Source of the DNA: an uncultured Bifidobacterium sp.
GTDB taxonomy: Bacteria; Actinomycetota; Actinomycetes; Nanopelagicales; Nanopelagicaceae
Assembly (NCBI GenBank): GCA_964418325.1
Contig: CAYQLC010000001.1
Span: forward strand, 19,324 to 83,323
Length of the DNA stretch: 64,000 nt
Reading direction: 5' to 3'
The notes under the pieces were generated by a model that had not been told where the DNA came from, searched no databases, and saw only the letters and a program-made list of their open reading frames with translations. Shown here piece by piece: positions 50,401 to 57,674 of this stretch. The stretch's first letter is position 1; each line of letters starts with the position of its first letter. The position numbers and the translations under genes are program-made.

Positions 50401-50649
50401 ATTTACCTCACCACCGATACCAGTTGTTCCAGACTCTCCAACAACCATTCGAGATCCGGCAGCATCTGTTGCGACCGAACTGCCGAAGTACCTATTAGCG
50501 ACGTTGGCTGTTGGACTCAAAAAATTCGTTTGCCGCACACTCGGAACGGCTGCCCCCGCTTGCGAGGCAGAAAGTGGTATCAATAGCGTCGATGCCACGG
50601 TGATGGATGAAACGCAAGCTAAAACTCGCGAGAAAAACTTTCTCGACAC
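41488..50649 (-). CDS. Giant secreted cell-surface protein (about 3053 aa): FG-GAP-like 7-blade propeller, SbsA-type Ig domains, discoidin-like domain, cadherin-like modules, FN3-like modules, C-terminal OmpA_C-like peptidoglycan-binding domain
   Basis: Signal peptide ..SRKFFSRVLACVSSITVASTLLIPLSASQAGA. GTG 50649 has GGAGG 8 nt upstream (the longest ORF starts at 50664). Seven FG-GAP-like repeats (YFGSSVATDAAGSRMVVG, EFGASVDISDDGNLVLVGAP, KYGNAVALSGDGSVAVIS, IGRDVDISDNGNVIVFSA, NFGYSVAVSDDGTTVAAAG, IFSVALSANGNVAMIG, YFGQTVAMSEDGSSFAVTG). At least five V(A/P)PT(L/V)..P.DN.T.V..N..I.L.FSE modules. ..SSYRYYKIRWDSVR..IQIAEIRLIGF is discoidin-like. VNDRP/VNDVP boundaries are present. The C-terminus VQITGHSDQ..LSTKRATQVADAM..GRGNSSP..NRRVQIY is OmpA_C-like. 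Confidence 0.85.
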   Translation of the reverse strand: MSRKFFSRVLACVSSITVASTLLIPLSASQAGAAVPSVRQTNFLSPTANVANRYFGSSVATDAAGSRMVVGESGTTGIGGEVNVYDCTSSACSLSQALNSLATRTVSITQITITDGGRKGTVTTSSPHGFLPGEKITITGTGNTTFNVTNKEISEVTNNTISFFVNSFNLAATAVSGSGVVDLAPANSEFGASVDISDDGNLVLVGAPSTSFTYFQYTNYSTMSGSTVNRNFGRAYLFEYISGAWALSKVFDRAVPSDGDKYGNAVALSGDGSVAVISSYKNSSSAANSAEIQVNTPNPSASPGPSGTPVLYSAWVLQQTILASSIGRDVDISDNGNVIVFSADYAGSPSSAGNALIYTKSGSTWTLTKTLVKGDRSGATASTNDNFGYSVAVSDDGTTVAAAGYNGDYSVYIYRFTGGAWGTPVNIAPSAAGSRDIFSVALSANGNVAMIGMAGDRIGCYDRAGSIAFMEFSGGTWSQNGVLRTLESPTANSYFGQTVAMSEDGSSFAVTGSPNRQVGANSGVGAITTFNSFTSLADTVAPSLTLQQGCSATGTFGVVTLQADPTSTSAIKFELISNESLDLSTVEASDFTITNGVFSSTICSTTYCIINVTASAVGVVTIAPSLTFSISDTQGNAAIGASGSDQSVSFDNVAPTLVSSTPADNATSVALNSNIVLNFSENVVFQSSLSISIVRVRPASNSPNGNLTYESFVSTSTRVTGSGTSTLTIDPTNDLLPGYSYFILVDANALKDVSGNAFMGLATNTALDFSVTTDTVAPTLVSSSPADNSTGFGITSNLVLNFSEDIYYGGTVVKSATGTSGQSSITVPDTSGILVGQFVFGTTGIASNATVTGISGTTVNLSVANVGAVSGNVNFRAVIQPTVTGTNGQSTITVSNSNGISIGQGVTGTGIALNAVVTGISGTTITLSSANTGTVSGTGSFFQPLMLRKVSDGSVVEVFAYSSTLLSWSSNSLTINPTNNLAYSTDYYLTIPGNFIKDVGNNYYSGFNTSTELNFTSAADNVPPTVTTLSPSDNLTTVAVNQNLIMTFSEIVNQGTGSITIKVSSDASTFESITVNDPRISGWGTNQITIDPSGTFVGSISYYVNIPAGAIVDTANNSYAGISNNSTWNFTALDSTPPALVSVTTNSSGTAVILTYSENLATTSTYLPATTQFSLSIGGVISTPTARSVLNSVVTLTPATTINPTDVVTLSYTDSALTGDIQDLAYNDAPSFTAQAVTNLVVPKVINVTSSTADGTFVPGNPISIQIVFSGPVTVTGAPTLLLETGSVDRLAAFVSGSGTNTLTFTYTVQNGDGSGDLDYNSTSALTLSGGTISNANGAAVLTLPAPGAAGSLGANKALVITSGPLTLNITPSSVTYTDTSINDDFLDTTGVASGVPAGTLVFGITGGTSYPTSSTTPPNTAVVKYTVGKVGTYGTLWIVNTTEAIYNNYHGNWRFVPNDAQINALTGTVTETFVVTLDNGTNTVTNNITFTFIGVNDRPTVAISTTPSSDFSPVPATTTCGFDTPYAVDFGEMPVGETCNYAFDDLDGTKFLNFDQTSSLLIDAGAIYTLTGIGMTTGNDLVSRDPVSFTIFGSNVSRTSGMTKIASISGVGAPIDRGAIYPAMNFTNSSSYRYYKIRWDSVRTPLDANSIQIAEIRLIGFSGGSLTYTEGQPGQAIESNFTLNDLDGQIVSATVKISAGLTTGDVLALAVDPTTMGGITAVYTASTGLLTLSGSASATQYQAALRAVKYSSTSTNPTALYSSRTVTWEITDSTGLKNTSVVTSIAVISVNDVPVLSDLTAKSIPERAAAQTLDSSVTLTDADSPNYFEGSVRVSGLLDGDVVSISSTTASAAGAIRKAGLEIQWSDGSTWQKIGTISGGIGSDLLISFSTTAATRAIVESVIEALLISSSSSVTTRTLTITVDDGDGGMSVGGTIAVTITDGTPPSVTLIPALIKNTGSGVATSNESGKIYLVRADQIVTTEASILALLDFLWNATPGVLADTSASIEATGLSNGSFVAYAVDAAGNLSAASTDVLQISGSAPTAGVLSSITSPSKLTSFVFQLAFSEAITELASGDFSNTGTATGCLFTPSASAGSSFNVTVTNCAEGTLILRLAPNSVVDASTNRGPLSAVTSGSITIDRTAPTLIWTAPGATATSLPLSYTLTFSESISGLTFSDFVNANTTSAKAVGCIFTPSSDTGTVITLSVTGCSDGILTLRLKLNSVSDAASNLGTVANSTSSAVTIDRAAPVITWISPTTGGFTTSTSITPDWSVVDSVSLASSGTVTLMRATLTGDSCGAFSAQGTQTKNAATTLTTGYCYYWTFSGAPSDTAGNTTTGGSLSSAVLKVDTAGTIVTMIAPFVLTTYAADQPIMFDVSFSRNITGIEPGDFNNQGSAIGCVFTPQSSSYLTTGAPIKVYVTNCSEGTLILELSANSVLHSTNVTTPGVPFRASTVTIDRTAPTVINKIPADGSVNVVVSANISLTFSEVVNSQIGAITLRKFGGELVHQLSVTDSQVTGFGSDTITINFDGDFATNTIYYLEIDPGAIIDSSGLPFGGYSGPANLLFTTAPGLAQTITMLTTLTKLTTDTPFAPGATASSNLPITYTSSNTAVANIVEGLVVILTAGTTVITASQSGNSAYEAAEPVTATLTITGPAPAPAPSGGGGGGGGGGAPAPAPTPVVIEDPEDVLTRLWGTDEATGLRIRWEGTTKPVKIVIISSLNEKFEVESDKVDSGELLNTFKPGLAYSISAIPVASKKVDSQQTIAYALPPLAPVALVASQSGVNLVAMTWEQPSYAEKFRVTVTPNVGEPLIFTTTDKNLKIDVSKGRTYKISVVAIGAKNLESAVSIFNWTYKGIFQEGTYAFASGANDTIIAWTLLPGEKAEKYRVVVRGKVLCETSDTTCTVKGLYGGNSNLAIEALNNSGTTTVDRVIGRYIPAAKFRLVGRIYFDGFSSNIAKTYTKKIREMAAFVLVSGFSEVQITGHSDQFKNAPLVKTSALSTKRATQVADAMKKLLPKVKFSAVGRGNSSPLKKDKYQNPKNRRVQIYTR
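42625..42654 (-). repeat. In-frame (GGA/GGT) microsatellite encoding Gly10, flanked by (Ala-Pro)n linker codons
   Basis: The minus strand reads agt gga ggt gga ggt gga ggt ggc ggt gga gga gcc cct gca cca.. (S G10 A P A P..). The upstream codons give G P A P A P A P. Confidence 0.9.
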
Positions 50650-50794
50650 TTTTTGGGCCTCCACGCCACCCCCCAGGAAGTCTGCGCTACCTGAAGGCTC
50701 GTCCTAAGAAATCACGACAATTGTGCCAGTTGATTAGCCAGATTCAAGAATGGTTCGGAACTGCTCTAGGGAAAGCCCCACGATCCACAAGGGA

Positions 50795-51688
50795 TTAATT
50801 ACCCTCTAGGGCTCTCAGGGTCGCGATCCGTTCCTCAATAGGCGGGTGCGTTGCAAAGAGTTTCGAGACCGCTTTGCCATCAAGGGGAGATTCAATCCAT
50901 ATGTGCGCCACCGCGTTAGATCGCTGCTGCACTACGGTGGAATCGCGAGCCAAAATCTCTAATGCTTTTCGTAGCCCGGTGGGGTTTCTAGTGAAATCCA
51001 CTGCAGTAGCGTCAGCAAGAGATTCGCGCTTACGCGAGATGGCTGCCTTAAGTAGCATCGCTGCAATTGGCGCCATCAACATGATTACTAGGGAAATTAC
51101 CAAGGTTATTGGATTTCCACCGCCCTCACGATCACGTCGACCACCAAACCACATCATTCGGATCAACATATCGCTGACTATTGCGATTGCACCAGCAGTT
51201 GTTGCGGCAACAGCTGATACCAAGGTATCTCTGTTGGCAACGTGCGCCATCTCGTGTGCAACAACTCCTTGAAGCTCATCGCGATCCATAACATCCAAGA
51301 TTCCGGTGGTGAAGGCAATCAGCGCGTGTTCTGGGTTACGTCCAGTTGCGAATGCATTTGGTGCATCGTCAACTACCACAGCTACTTTTGGCATTGGCAA
51401 TCCGCTTGCTAGACAAACTTCCTGTACCAACCCAAATAGTTTGGGGTTATCGCTCTCTTGTAAAACTTGCGCACCAGTCATACGAATTACCAATTTGTCT
51501 GATGAGTAATAGGACCACCACGTTGTAAAGAGTGAAAAACCAACGGCTATTGGCACAATAGCTGCGCCACTACCGCCAAAATATGAGACTGCAGCAAAAG
51601 CCACTAACCACATGAGGAATGCAAAGGAGACGAGAAGAAAGATTGTTTTTCTTTTATTTGATCTTTGGAGTGAGCGGAAATTACTCAT
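50795..51688 (-). CDS. htpX: Membrane zinc metalloprotease HtpX (M48)
   Basis: HEMAHV zinc motif, 4 TM segments, ..THPPIEERI.. at the C-terminus. Located 6 nt downstream of lemA. Confidence 0.88.
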   Translation of the reverse strand: MSNFRSLQRSNKRKTIFLLVSFAFLMWLVAFAAVSYFGGSGAAIVPIAVGFSLFTTWWSYYSSDKLVIRMTGAQVLQESDNPKLFGLVQEVCLASGLPMPKVAVVVDDAPNAFATGRNPEHALIAFTTGILDVMDRDELQGVVAHEMAHVANRDTLVSAVAATTAGAIAIVSDMLIRMMWFGGRRDREGGGNPITLVISLVIMLMAPIAAMLLKAAISRKRESLADATAVDFTRNPTGLRKALEILARDSTVVQQRSNAVAHIWIESPLDGKAVSKLFATHPPIEERIATLRALEGN

Positions 51689-51694
51689 AGATTT

Positions 51695-52246
51695 TTAGAA
51701 TTGCACCTTTGGCACATTGCGCGCTTGTGGATCATCGACTTCATAGAACTCGCGTTCGCTCACTTTTGCAAAACCAACAAAAAAACTTGATGGGACAGTC
51801 TTGATTGCAACATTCAGCGCACGGACGTTATCGTTGTAGAACTGACGTGCAAAACTGACTTTATTTTCAGTCGTCGCCAACTCCTCTTGCAACGAGAGGA
51901 AGTTTGCCGAAGCCTTGAGATCGGGATAGTTCTCAGCAACTGCTAGCAACCCACGTAGCGCTTGCGTCAACATGCCATCGGCAGCGGCAACATCGGGGAC
52001 TGCGGTTGCAGAGGTTGCTGCGGCGCGCGCCTGAACTACTTTTTCAAAAGTCGCGCTTTCGTGACTGGCGTAGCCCTTGACGGTCTCCACCAAATTCGGG
52101 ATTAGATCCGATCGACGTTGGAGCTGCACCTCAATCTGAGCCCATGCCTCGTCCACTGCAACATTGAGGCGAATCAGCTTGTTGTATTGGCTGATGAGAA
52201 AGAAGACCAGTAGCGCCGCAGCACCTAAAGCGATCAAAAGTTCCAT
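51695..52246 (-). CDS. lemA: LemA family protein
   Basis: N-terminal TM segment followed by ..QYNKLIRLNVAVDEAWAQIEVQLQRRSDLIPNLVETVKGYASHE.. and ..FYNDNVRALNVAIKTVPS.., which is a LemA signature. Start set at ATG 52246 (the longest ORF starts at TTG 52267). Confidence 0.85.
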   Translation of the reverse strand: MELLIALGAAALLVFFLISQYNKLIRLNVAVDEAWAQIEVQLQRRSDLIPNLVETVKGYASHESATFEKVVQARAAATSATAVPDVAAADGMLTQALRGLLAVAENYPDLKASANFLSLQEELATTENKVSFARQFYNDNVRALNVAIKTVPSSFFVGFAKVSEREFYEVDDPQARNVPKVQF

Positions 52247-52269
52247 AGCCCCAATGTACCTCAACAACC

Positions 52270-52965
52270 TTAAAGCGGCCTGAGAGGTGGATCAAAAAGA
52301 GCCCCAGCTTCACTTTGGGCAAAAAGTTCAACCAGGGATCTAATCTTCTTTTTCTTAGTGATGGGTATTGGAAAATTGATAGACGTATTTGTACCTGTGT
52401 ATGGAATCTTTTTTATTTCACAACGGAATGAGCCATCTTGTACATAATAATCCAAGGAGTGTCCGTTCAGCTCTCGCGATAAAAATCGAGTTGCCAGCAA
52501 TTCTCTTGCTTGACCTTCATATCGAGATTCTTCTCGTTCCAACAGTTTAAAAGCAAGAGAGATTTCTGAATCATTTTCTGCATCGTCATTTTGAATATTT
52601 CTTTCTATAACAACATTGTTAGCTAATAGAAAAGTTTCTGTTTCTGAAAAAAATTCTTTAAGCCACTTAACTTTGCGTTGCATACTGTAAAAATACTTTT
52701 CTTTGCAGCCAAATCTAATATTGTTCTTTGATACCACCACATACACATGTAAAAGTGAATTTTCTTCTAATTGATATCTGACCAAGTCGTGACCAAATAA
52801 ATTCTCACAAAATCCGTTCTTTATCAATTGTTTAGCCTGCAGAGCGTATCTACGGGAATATGTCCTAAATAGGGATTTTTCTAATCTCGCATAAGATGCC
52901 CAAAACTCATCATCGCCATACTGTGAAATGTTATAAGGCATACTTAACTTTACATTAAGTGCCAC
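52270..52965 (-). CDS. Hypothetical cytoplasmic protein (231 aa) in an AT-rich insert
   Basis: Long ORF in very AT-rich DNA (sample 52601-52660 has 14/60 G+C). No signal peptide, no TM segment and no recognisable motif. It ends 23 nt before the lemA ATG. Start uncertain (GTG 52965 or ATG 52941). Confidence 0.5.
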   Translation of the reverse strand: MALNVKLSMPYNISQYGDDEFWASYARLEKSLFRTYSRRYALQAKQLIKNGFCENLFGHDLVRYQLEENSLLHVYVVVSKNNIRFGCKEKYFYSMQRKVKWLKEFFSETETFLLANNVVIERNIQNDDAENDSEISLAFKLLEREESRYEGQARELLATRFLSRELNGHSLDYYVQDGSFRCEIKKIPYTGTNTSINFPIPITKKKKIRSLVELFAQSEAGALFDPPLRPL

Positions 52966-53440
52966 AAGCTAGGGAAACGTCATGTTGCGATCTGGCTTTG
53001 AGGGTTTGATGACTCCGCCCCATTATTCGGATTCGTGCAGAAATAACGCCAAAATATTTGGTAGACCTTTGGTTCTTGCAAAAACGGTAGGTATCTTTAA
53101 ATTCGATGATCTCAGCTGGCAGCATTACTCGCTGTATCGAAAGTTCTTTTTTTGCGACGCTATAAATTCGCATAAAGCTACCTTTTTTGAAAATCTCTAC
53201 CGTGAGAAAGAGATTGTCTGTAGTTACATTGCATGTCGACTGAGCATTCACTTTGACAGCGGGTTGCCCACTACTTTCAACAATATATGTTGAGATATGG
53301 GCGTCACCAATAGTCACAAAACAATTGGTTTGAGGCGGGGTGACTCGTGTACTCCCAGCTGCCAGATCAGGCATGGTCGTCGCCAAAATGAGAGCAACCA
53401 AAACTACGGAGGGTGATTTTCTGCGGGTAGGATTAAGCAT
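52955..53440 (-). CDS. Hypothetical secreted Cys-containing protein (161 aa) in an AT-rich insert
   Basis: Signal peptide MLNPTRRKSPSVVLVALILATTMPDLAAG. The mature part contains 4 Cys. It overlaps or abuts the downstream 231-aa ORF. Confidence 0.5.
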   Translation of the reverse strand: MLNPTRRKSPSVVLVALILATTMPDLAAGSTRVTPPQTNCFVTIGDAHISTYIVESSGQPAVKVNAQSTCNVTTDNLFLTVEIFKKGSFMRIYSVAKKELSIQRVMLPAEIIEFKDTYRFCKNQRSTKYFGVISARIRIMGRSHQTLKARSQHDVSLACGT

Positions 53441-53552
53441 GGCCGGAGGATGCCTGGCTTCACTGGTGCCTTCCGAAAACCTTCCCCAGTCATCCTTTTG
53501 GAGGAGCCACGTTCGGTTGGCGGGCTAAGTTACTGGCGGGTAATATCGGGCT

Positions 53553-55382
53553 ATGACCCACTACATAGCCAACCTCCGCGATATCGAATTTACCCTCTTC
53601 GACCTGCTCAAGCGGGATGAAATATTGGAGAAGGGTCCGTTCGCCGAAGTCGACCGCGCTACTGCGATGGGCATGCTCGAGGAGATGAAGCGTTTATCGG
53701 AAGTGGACCTCGCTGCCTCATTTGTTGAAAGCGATCGCCTTGGCGTTGATTTCAATCCAGCAACAGGTGACGCCAAACTTCCAGAATCTTTCAAGAAGTC
53801 CTACCGCGCTTATATGGATGGCGAATGGTGGCGTATCGATGCGCCAGCAGATCTGGGTGGCACCGTCATCCCCCCTTCGATTCGATGGGCGATGGCAGAA
53901 ATGGTTCTTGGGTCCAATCCATCTATTCATATATATGCATCCGGCACTGCATTCGCACATGTTGCATACATGTTAGGTACTGAGCGCGATAAGAATCTTG
54001 CTCGACTCATGATTGAACGCGAGTGGGGCGCAACAATGATGCTCACTGAACCTGATGCCGGTAGCGATGTCGGCGCGGGACGTACCAAAGCTGTCGACCA
54101 AGGTGATGGCACCTGGCACATCACAGGCACCAAGCGCTTTATCACTTCGGGTGATAGCGACTTAACTGAAAACATCATTCATTATGTTCTTGCCCGACGT
54201 GAAGGTGGCGGCCCAGGAACTAAAGGACTCTCACTCTTCCTTATTCCTAAATTCCATTTTGATCCTAAGACTGGAGAACTTGGCAAACGCAATGGTGTCT
54301 ATGTCACCAAAATCGAACATAAGATGGGGCTCAATGTCTCATCAACGTGCGAAATGAATCTTGGTGAGAAGGAACCTGCTGTGGGTTACTTGCTTGGTGA
54401 CGTTCATGAAGGTATTGCACAGATGTTCAAAGTTATTGAATATGCACGCATGATGGTTGGCACCAAAGCAATTGCTACCTTGAGCGCCGGCTACTTGCAG
54501 GCCCTTGCCTATGCGAAAACCCGGGTACAAGGCCCTGATTTAACGAAGGCAGCCGATAAGGCAAGCCCGCGCGTCACGATTATTAACCATCCAGATGTGC
54601 GCCGTTCGTTGATGGTGCAAAAGTCGTACGCAGAAGCGATGCGCGCGCTGGTGCTCTACACCGCATCTATTCAAGATGAAATCGTCATCAAACAAGCATC
54701 GGGCGAAGATGCTGCGAAACTCGCCGAACTCGAGGCTCTCAATGATCTCTTACTCCCTATCGTCAAGGGCTACGGCAGTGAGAGATCATGGACCTTACTT
54801 GGAACTGAATCACTCCAAACATTTGGTGGATCTGGCTTCACCCAAGATTGGCCACTCGAGCAATATGTGCGTGATGCAAAAATTGATACTCTCTATGAAG
54901 GAACCACCGCAATCCAGGGCCTTGATTTCTTCTTCCGCAAAATCGTCAAAGATGGTGGTAAAGCCATCCGCAAAATCGGTAAAGAGATCGGTGCGGTAGC
55001 AGCATCTGGTGGTACCCATGCCGAACTCAAAGCCCAACTTGGCGCTGCGCTCAATGAAGTGAATACATCAATTGGCGCCATGGTCGGGGTAGCTATGGCC
55101 TCACAAGAAGAGCCAAAAGAGATCTACAAAGTTGGTCTCAACACCAGCCGATTGCTGATGAATGTTGGTGACATCATCTGCGCCTGGTTGCTCATTCGCC
55201 AAGCTGATGTCGCTGCTGAAAAATTGGCAACCGCCAGCGAGAAAGATAAGCCGTTTTACCAAGGCAAGATTGCAGCAGCAAAATTCTTCGTAGAAAACGT
55301 GCTGCCACATATTGCAGTTGATCGTGCAATCATCGAAAAGACCGACAACTCAGTGATGGATCTTCCAGAAAACGCTTTCTAG
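53553..55382 (+). CDS. Long-form acyl-CoA dehydrogenase (FadE5-like, 609 aa)
   Basis: ..MLTEPDAGSDVG.. ..TKRFITSGD.. ..IYEGTTAIQ.. are ACAD motifs, with an extended C-terminal helical domain. Confidence 0.85.
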   Translation: MTHYIANLRDIEFTLFDLLKRDEILEKGPFAEVDRATAMGMLEEMKRLSEVDLAASFVESDRLGVDFNPATGDAKLPESFKKSYRAYMDGEWWRIDAPADLGGTVIPPSIRWAMAEMVLGSNPSIHIYASGTAFAHVAYMLGTERDKNLARLMIEREWGATMMLTEPDAGSDVGAGRTKAVDQGDGTWHITGTKRFITSGDSDLTENIIHYVLARREGGGPGTKGLSLFLIPKFHFDPKTGELGKRNGVYVTKIEHKMGLNVSSTCEMNLGEKEPAVGYLLGDVHEGIAQMFKVIEYARMMVGTKAIATLSAGYLQALAYAKTRVQGPDLTKAADKASPRVTIINHPDVRRSLMVQKSYAEAMRALVLYTASIQDEIVIKQASGEDAAKLAELEALNDLLLPIVKGYGSERSWTLLGTESLQTFGGSGFTQDWPLEQYVRDAKIDTLYEGTTAIQGLDFFFRKIVKDGGKAIRKIGKEIGAVAASGGTHAELKAQLGAALNEVNTSIGAMVGVAMASQEEPKEIYKVGLNTSRLLMNVGDIICAWLLIRQADVAAEKLATASEKDKPFYQGKIAAAKFFVENVLPHIAVDRAIIEKTDNSVMDLPENAF

Positions 55383-55394
55383 TACACTCACCCG

Positions 55395-56315
55395 GTGCGC
55401 AGATACACCGGTGAGATCCTTGTTATCTCGAGCGCTTTCTTCTTCGCGACCACTGGCGTCATGGCTAAACTCATCATCGCTGGTGGTATTAGCCCCGTAC
55501 GTCTGACTCAAATTCGAGTAACCGGCGTATTTTTAGCGCTTCTCCTCTTCCTATTTCTGACCAACCGAGAGGCGCTCCGGGTTACCCGAAAGGAGTTACC
55601 CAACCTCATCTTGATGGGCATTATCGGGATTGCTGGGGTGCAAGCCTTCTATTTCTTTGCCGTTACTCGGATGCCGGTGAGTATTACGTTGGTTATCGAA
55701 TTTACCGCTCCAATCTGGATTGCAATCTTCATTCGCTTCTTCCGTCACCAAATCGTCAAACCGATGATGTGGTGGGGTATTGGAACTGCTCTTGCCGGAC
55801 TCTTACTCGTTACTGAGATTTGGAGTGGACTCAAGCTCGATGGCCTCGGAGTTCTTGCAGCGTTCATCGATGCGCTCTGTCTTGCCTACTACTTCCTTCG
55901 ACTCGAAGCCACTGTGAAGACTCGGAACGGCTTAAGTCTGTTGGTTTATGTCTTTGGCTTTGCCACGCTTGCACTAGCAATAGTCCAACCACCCTGGACT
56001 TTTCCCACCGAAATCTTCACCGCGCAACTTTCCCTTGAGGAGTTGAGCCCGGGAAATTTCATTACTGGATGGCATTTGATTGCAATCTTGATAATTTTTG
56101 GATCCATTACTCCATATATATTCATCACCTATGGCGTAAAGAGCATTCCAGCATCGCAGGCGAGTGTGATTGCAATGCTCGAGCCAGTTATTGCTGGTGG
56201 AATTGCTTGGTTAGTTTTAAGTGAAGCGCTAACACCACTTCAGATTGTTGGTGGAGCAACGGTATTAGTGGGAATTTATCTCACCGAACGTGCACGACAA
56301 GGAGCACATCAATAA
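55395..56315 (+). CDS. EamA/DMT-family transporter
   Basis: 10 predicted TM segments in two EamA-like halves. GTG start. Confidence 0.7.
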   Translation: MRRYTGEILVISSAFFFATTGVMAKLIIAGGISPVRLTQIRVTGVFLALLLFLFLTNREALRVTRKELPNLILMGIIGIAGVQAFYFFAVTRMPVSITLVIEFTAPIWIAIFIRFFRHQIVKPMMWWGIGTALAGLLLVTEIWSGLKLDGLGVLAAFIDALCLAYYFLRLEATVKTRNGLSLLVYVFGFATLALAIVQPPWTFPTEIFTAQLSLEELSPGNFITGWHLIAILIIFGSITPYIFITYGVKSIPASQASVIAMLEPVIAGGIAWLVLSEALTPLQIVGGATVLVGIYLTERARQGAHQ

Positions 56316-56318
56316 CTT

Positions 56319-57674
56319 CTACAGTTGTTGAGCCATATCAACAAAGCGCGAGAAGTGGCCCTGGAAGGCAACCGTCACTGTTTTCGTTGGACCATTACGG
56401 TGTTTAGCGACAATGAGATCTGCCTCGCCTTGACGAGGAGAATCGCGCTCATAGACATCTTCACGATGGAGCAAGATGACCATGTCAGCATCCTGTTCGA
56501 TAGAACCAGACTCACGAAGATCGGAGAGCATTGGTCGTTTATCAGAGCGTTGCTCCGGAGATCGGTTGAGCTGCGAGATAGCTACGACAGGGCAATCGAG
56601 CTCCTTCGCAAGAAGTTTTAATTGGCGGGAGAATTCGGAAACCTCTTGTTGACGATTCTCTACGCGTTTTCCACTTGTCATCAACTGTAGGTAGTCGATG
56701 ATGACCAATTTGAGGTTATGGCGCTGCTTGAGGCGGCGGGCTTTTGCGCGAATTTCCATAATGTTGAGGTTAGGAGAATCATCGATAAAAAGTGGCGCAT
56801 TGGAGATATCGCCTACGCGACGGGCAAGGCGAGTCCATTCATCATCGCTCAGATTTCCTGAACGCATATTCTGAAGGGGGACTCGAGCTTCAGCAGAGAG
56901 CATACGCATAGTGATCTCGCTCTTACCCATTTCTAGCGAGAAAATAACCGAGGTGAGGCCATGTTTGATTGAAGCATTCCGCGCCAAATCCAAACCAAGG
57001 GTGGACTTACCGATAGCAGGACGAGCAGCAAGAACGACCATATTTCCAGGATGAAGCCCATTGGTTAATTCATCAAGATCCTTAAACCCCGTTGGCACTC
57101 CGGTGAGCTGCCCATCGCGCGCACCAATTGCCTCAATCTCATCGAGTGTTCCCGGAAGAAGCGTATTGAGTTGCTGATAATCCTCGCTTACACGCCGTTC
57201 AGTTACCGCGTAAACCTCCGCTTGAGCAACATCGACAGCATCGTCGACATCGCCCTCGCTCGCATAACCAATCTGCACAATCTTTGTTCCCGCTTCAACG
57301 AGGCGGCGGAGTATTGCGCGTTCGCGGACAATCTTTCCGTAATAGCCCGCATTGGCCGCAGTAGGCACTGATGCGATGAGAGTGTGCAAGTAGGGAGCGC
57401 CACCCACTCGCGTGAGATCACCATTACGAGTTAATTCAGCTGAGACCGTGACTGCATCGACAGGTTCGCCTCGGCCATAGAGATCAAGAATCGTCTCGAA
57501 GATTGTTTGATGAGCAGGGCGATAGAAATCATTTCCTCGAAGTGTTTCGACCACATCAGCAATCGCATCTTTGCTCAGCAACATTCCACCGAGAACGCCC
57601 TGCTCGGCTACCGTGTCATTAGGCGGAACTCGTTCAAAACCATCGCCACGTTGCGGAAGTTCAGCAACAGACAT
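56319..57674 (-). CDS. dnaB: Replicative DNA helicase DnaB (no intein)
   Basis: ..PPNDTVAEQGVLGGML.., Walker A ARPAIGKST, ..IIDYLQLM.., ..AISQLNR... ATG 57674 has GGAGG upstream. Confidence 0.93.
   Translation of the reverse strand: MSVAELPQRGDGFERVPPNDTVAEQGVLGGMLLSKDAIADVVETLRGNDFYRPAHQTIFETILDLYGRGEPVDAVTVSAELTRNGDLTRVGGAPYLHTLIASVPTAANAGYYGKIVRERAILRRLVEAGTKIVQIGYASEGDVDDAVDVAQAEVYAVTERRVSEDYQQLNTLLPGTLDEIEAIGARDGQLTGVPTGFKDLDELTNGLHPGNMVVLAARPAIGKSTLGLDLARNASIKHGLTSVIFSLEMGKSEITMRMLSAEARVPLQNMRSGNLSDDEWTRLARRVGDISNAPLFIDDSPNLNIMEIRAKARRLKQRHNLKLVIIDYLQLMTSGKRVENRQQEVSEFSRQLKLLAKELDCPVVAISQLNRSPEQRSDKRPMLSDLRESGSIEQDADMVILLHREDVYERDSPRQGEADLIVAKHRNGPTKTVTVAFQGHFSRFVDMAQQL

Noticed and set aside
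50720-50747. Sigma-70-like TTGAAT-N16-CACAAT upstream of the giant gene
   Set aside because: This is a motif-only observation in AT-biased intergenic DNA with no transcription start evidence. It is mentioned under the giant-gene finding but not listed as a feature.
41413-53440. Possibility that tRNA-Gly marks a classical integrative island carrying the giant gene and the AT-rich insert
   Set aside because: I recognised no integrase, recombinase or excisionase ORF. By eye I found no direct repeat of the tRNA 3' end (ttcgattcccgtcgcccgc) near 50.7 kb or 53.5 kb. The core genes lemA and htpX lie in between. The accessory character is likely, but not that of a tRNA-integrated mobile element.
56319-57674. 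Intein in dnaB, which is common in some actinobacteria
   Set aside because: The protein has 451 aa with contiguous helicase motifs (Walker A through the C-terminal motifs). There is no insertion and no Cys/Ser..HN splice junctions.
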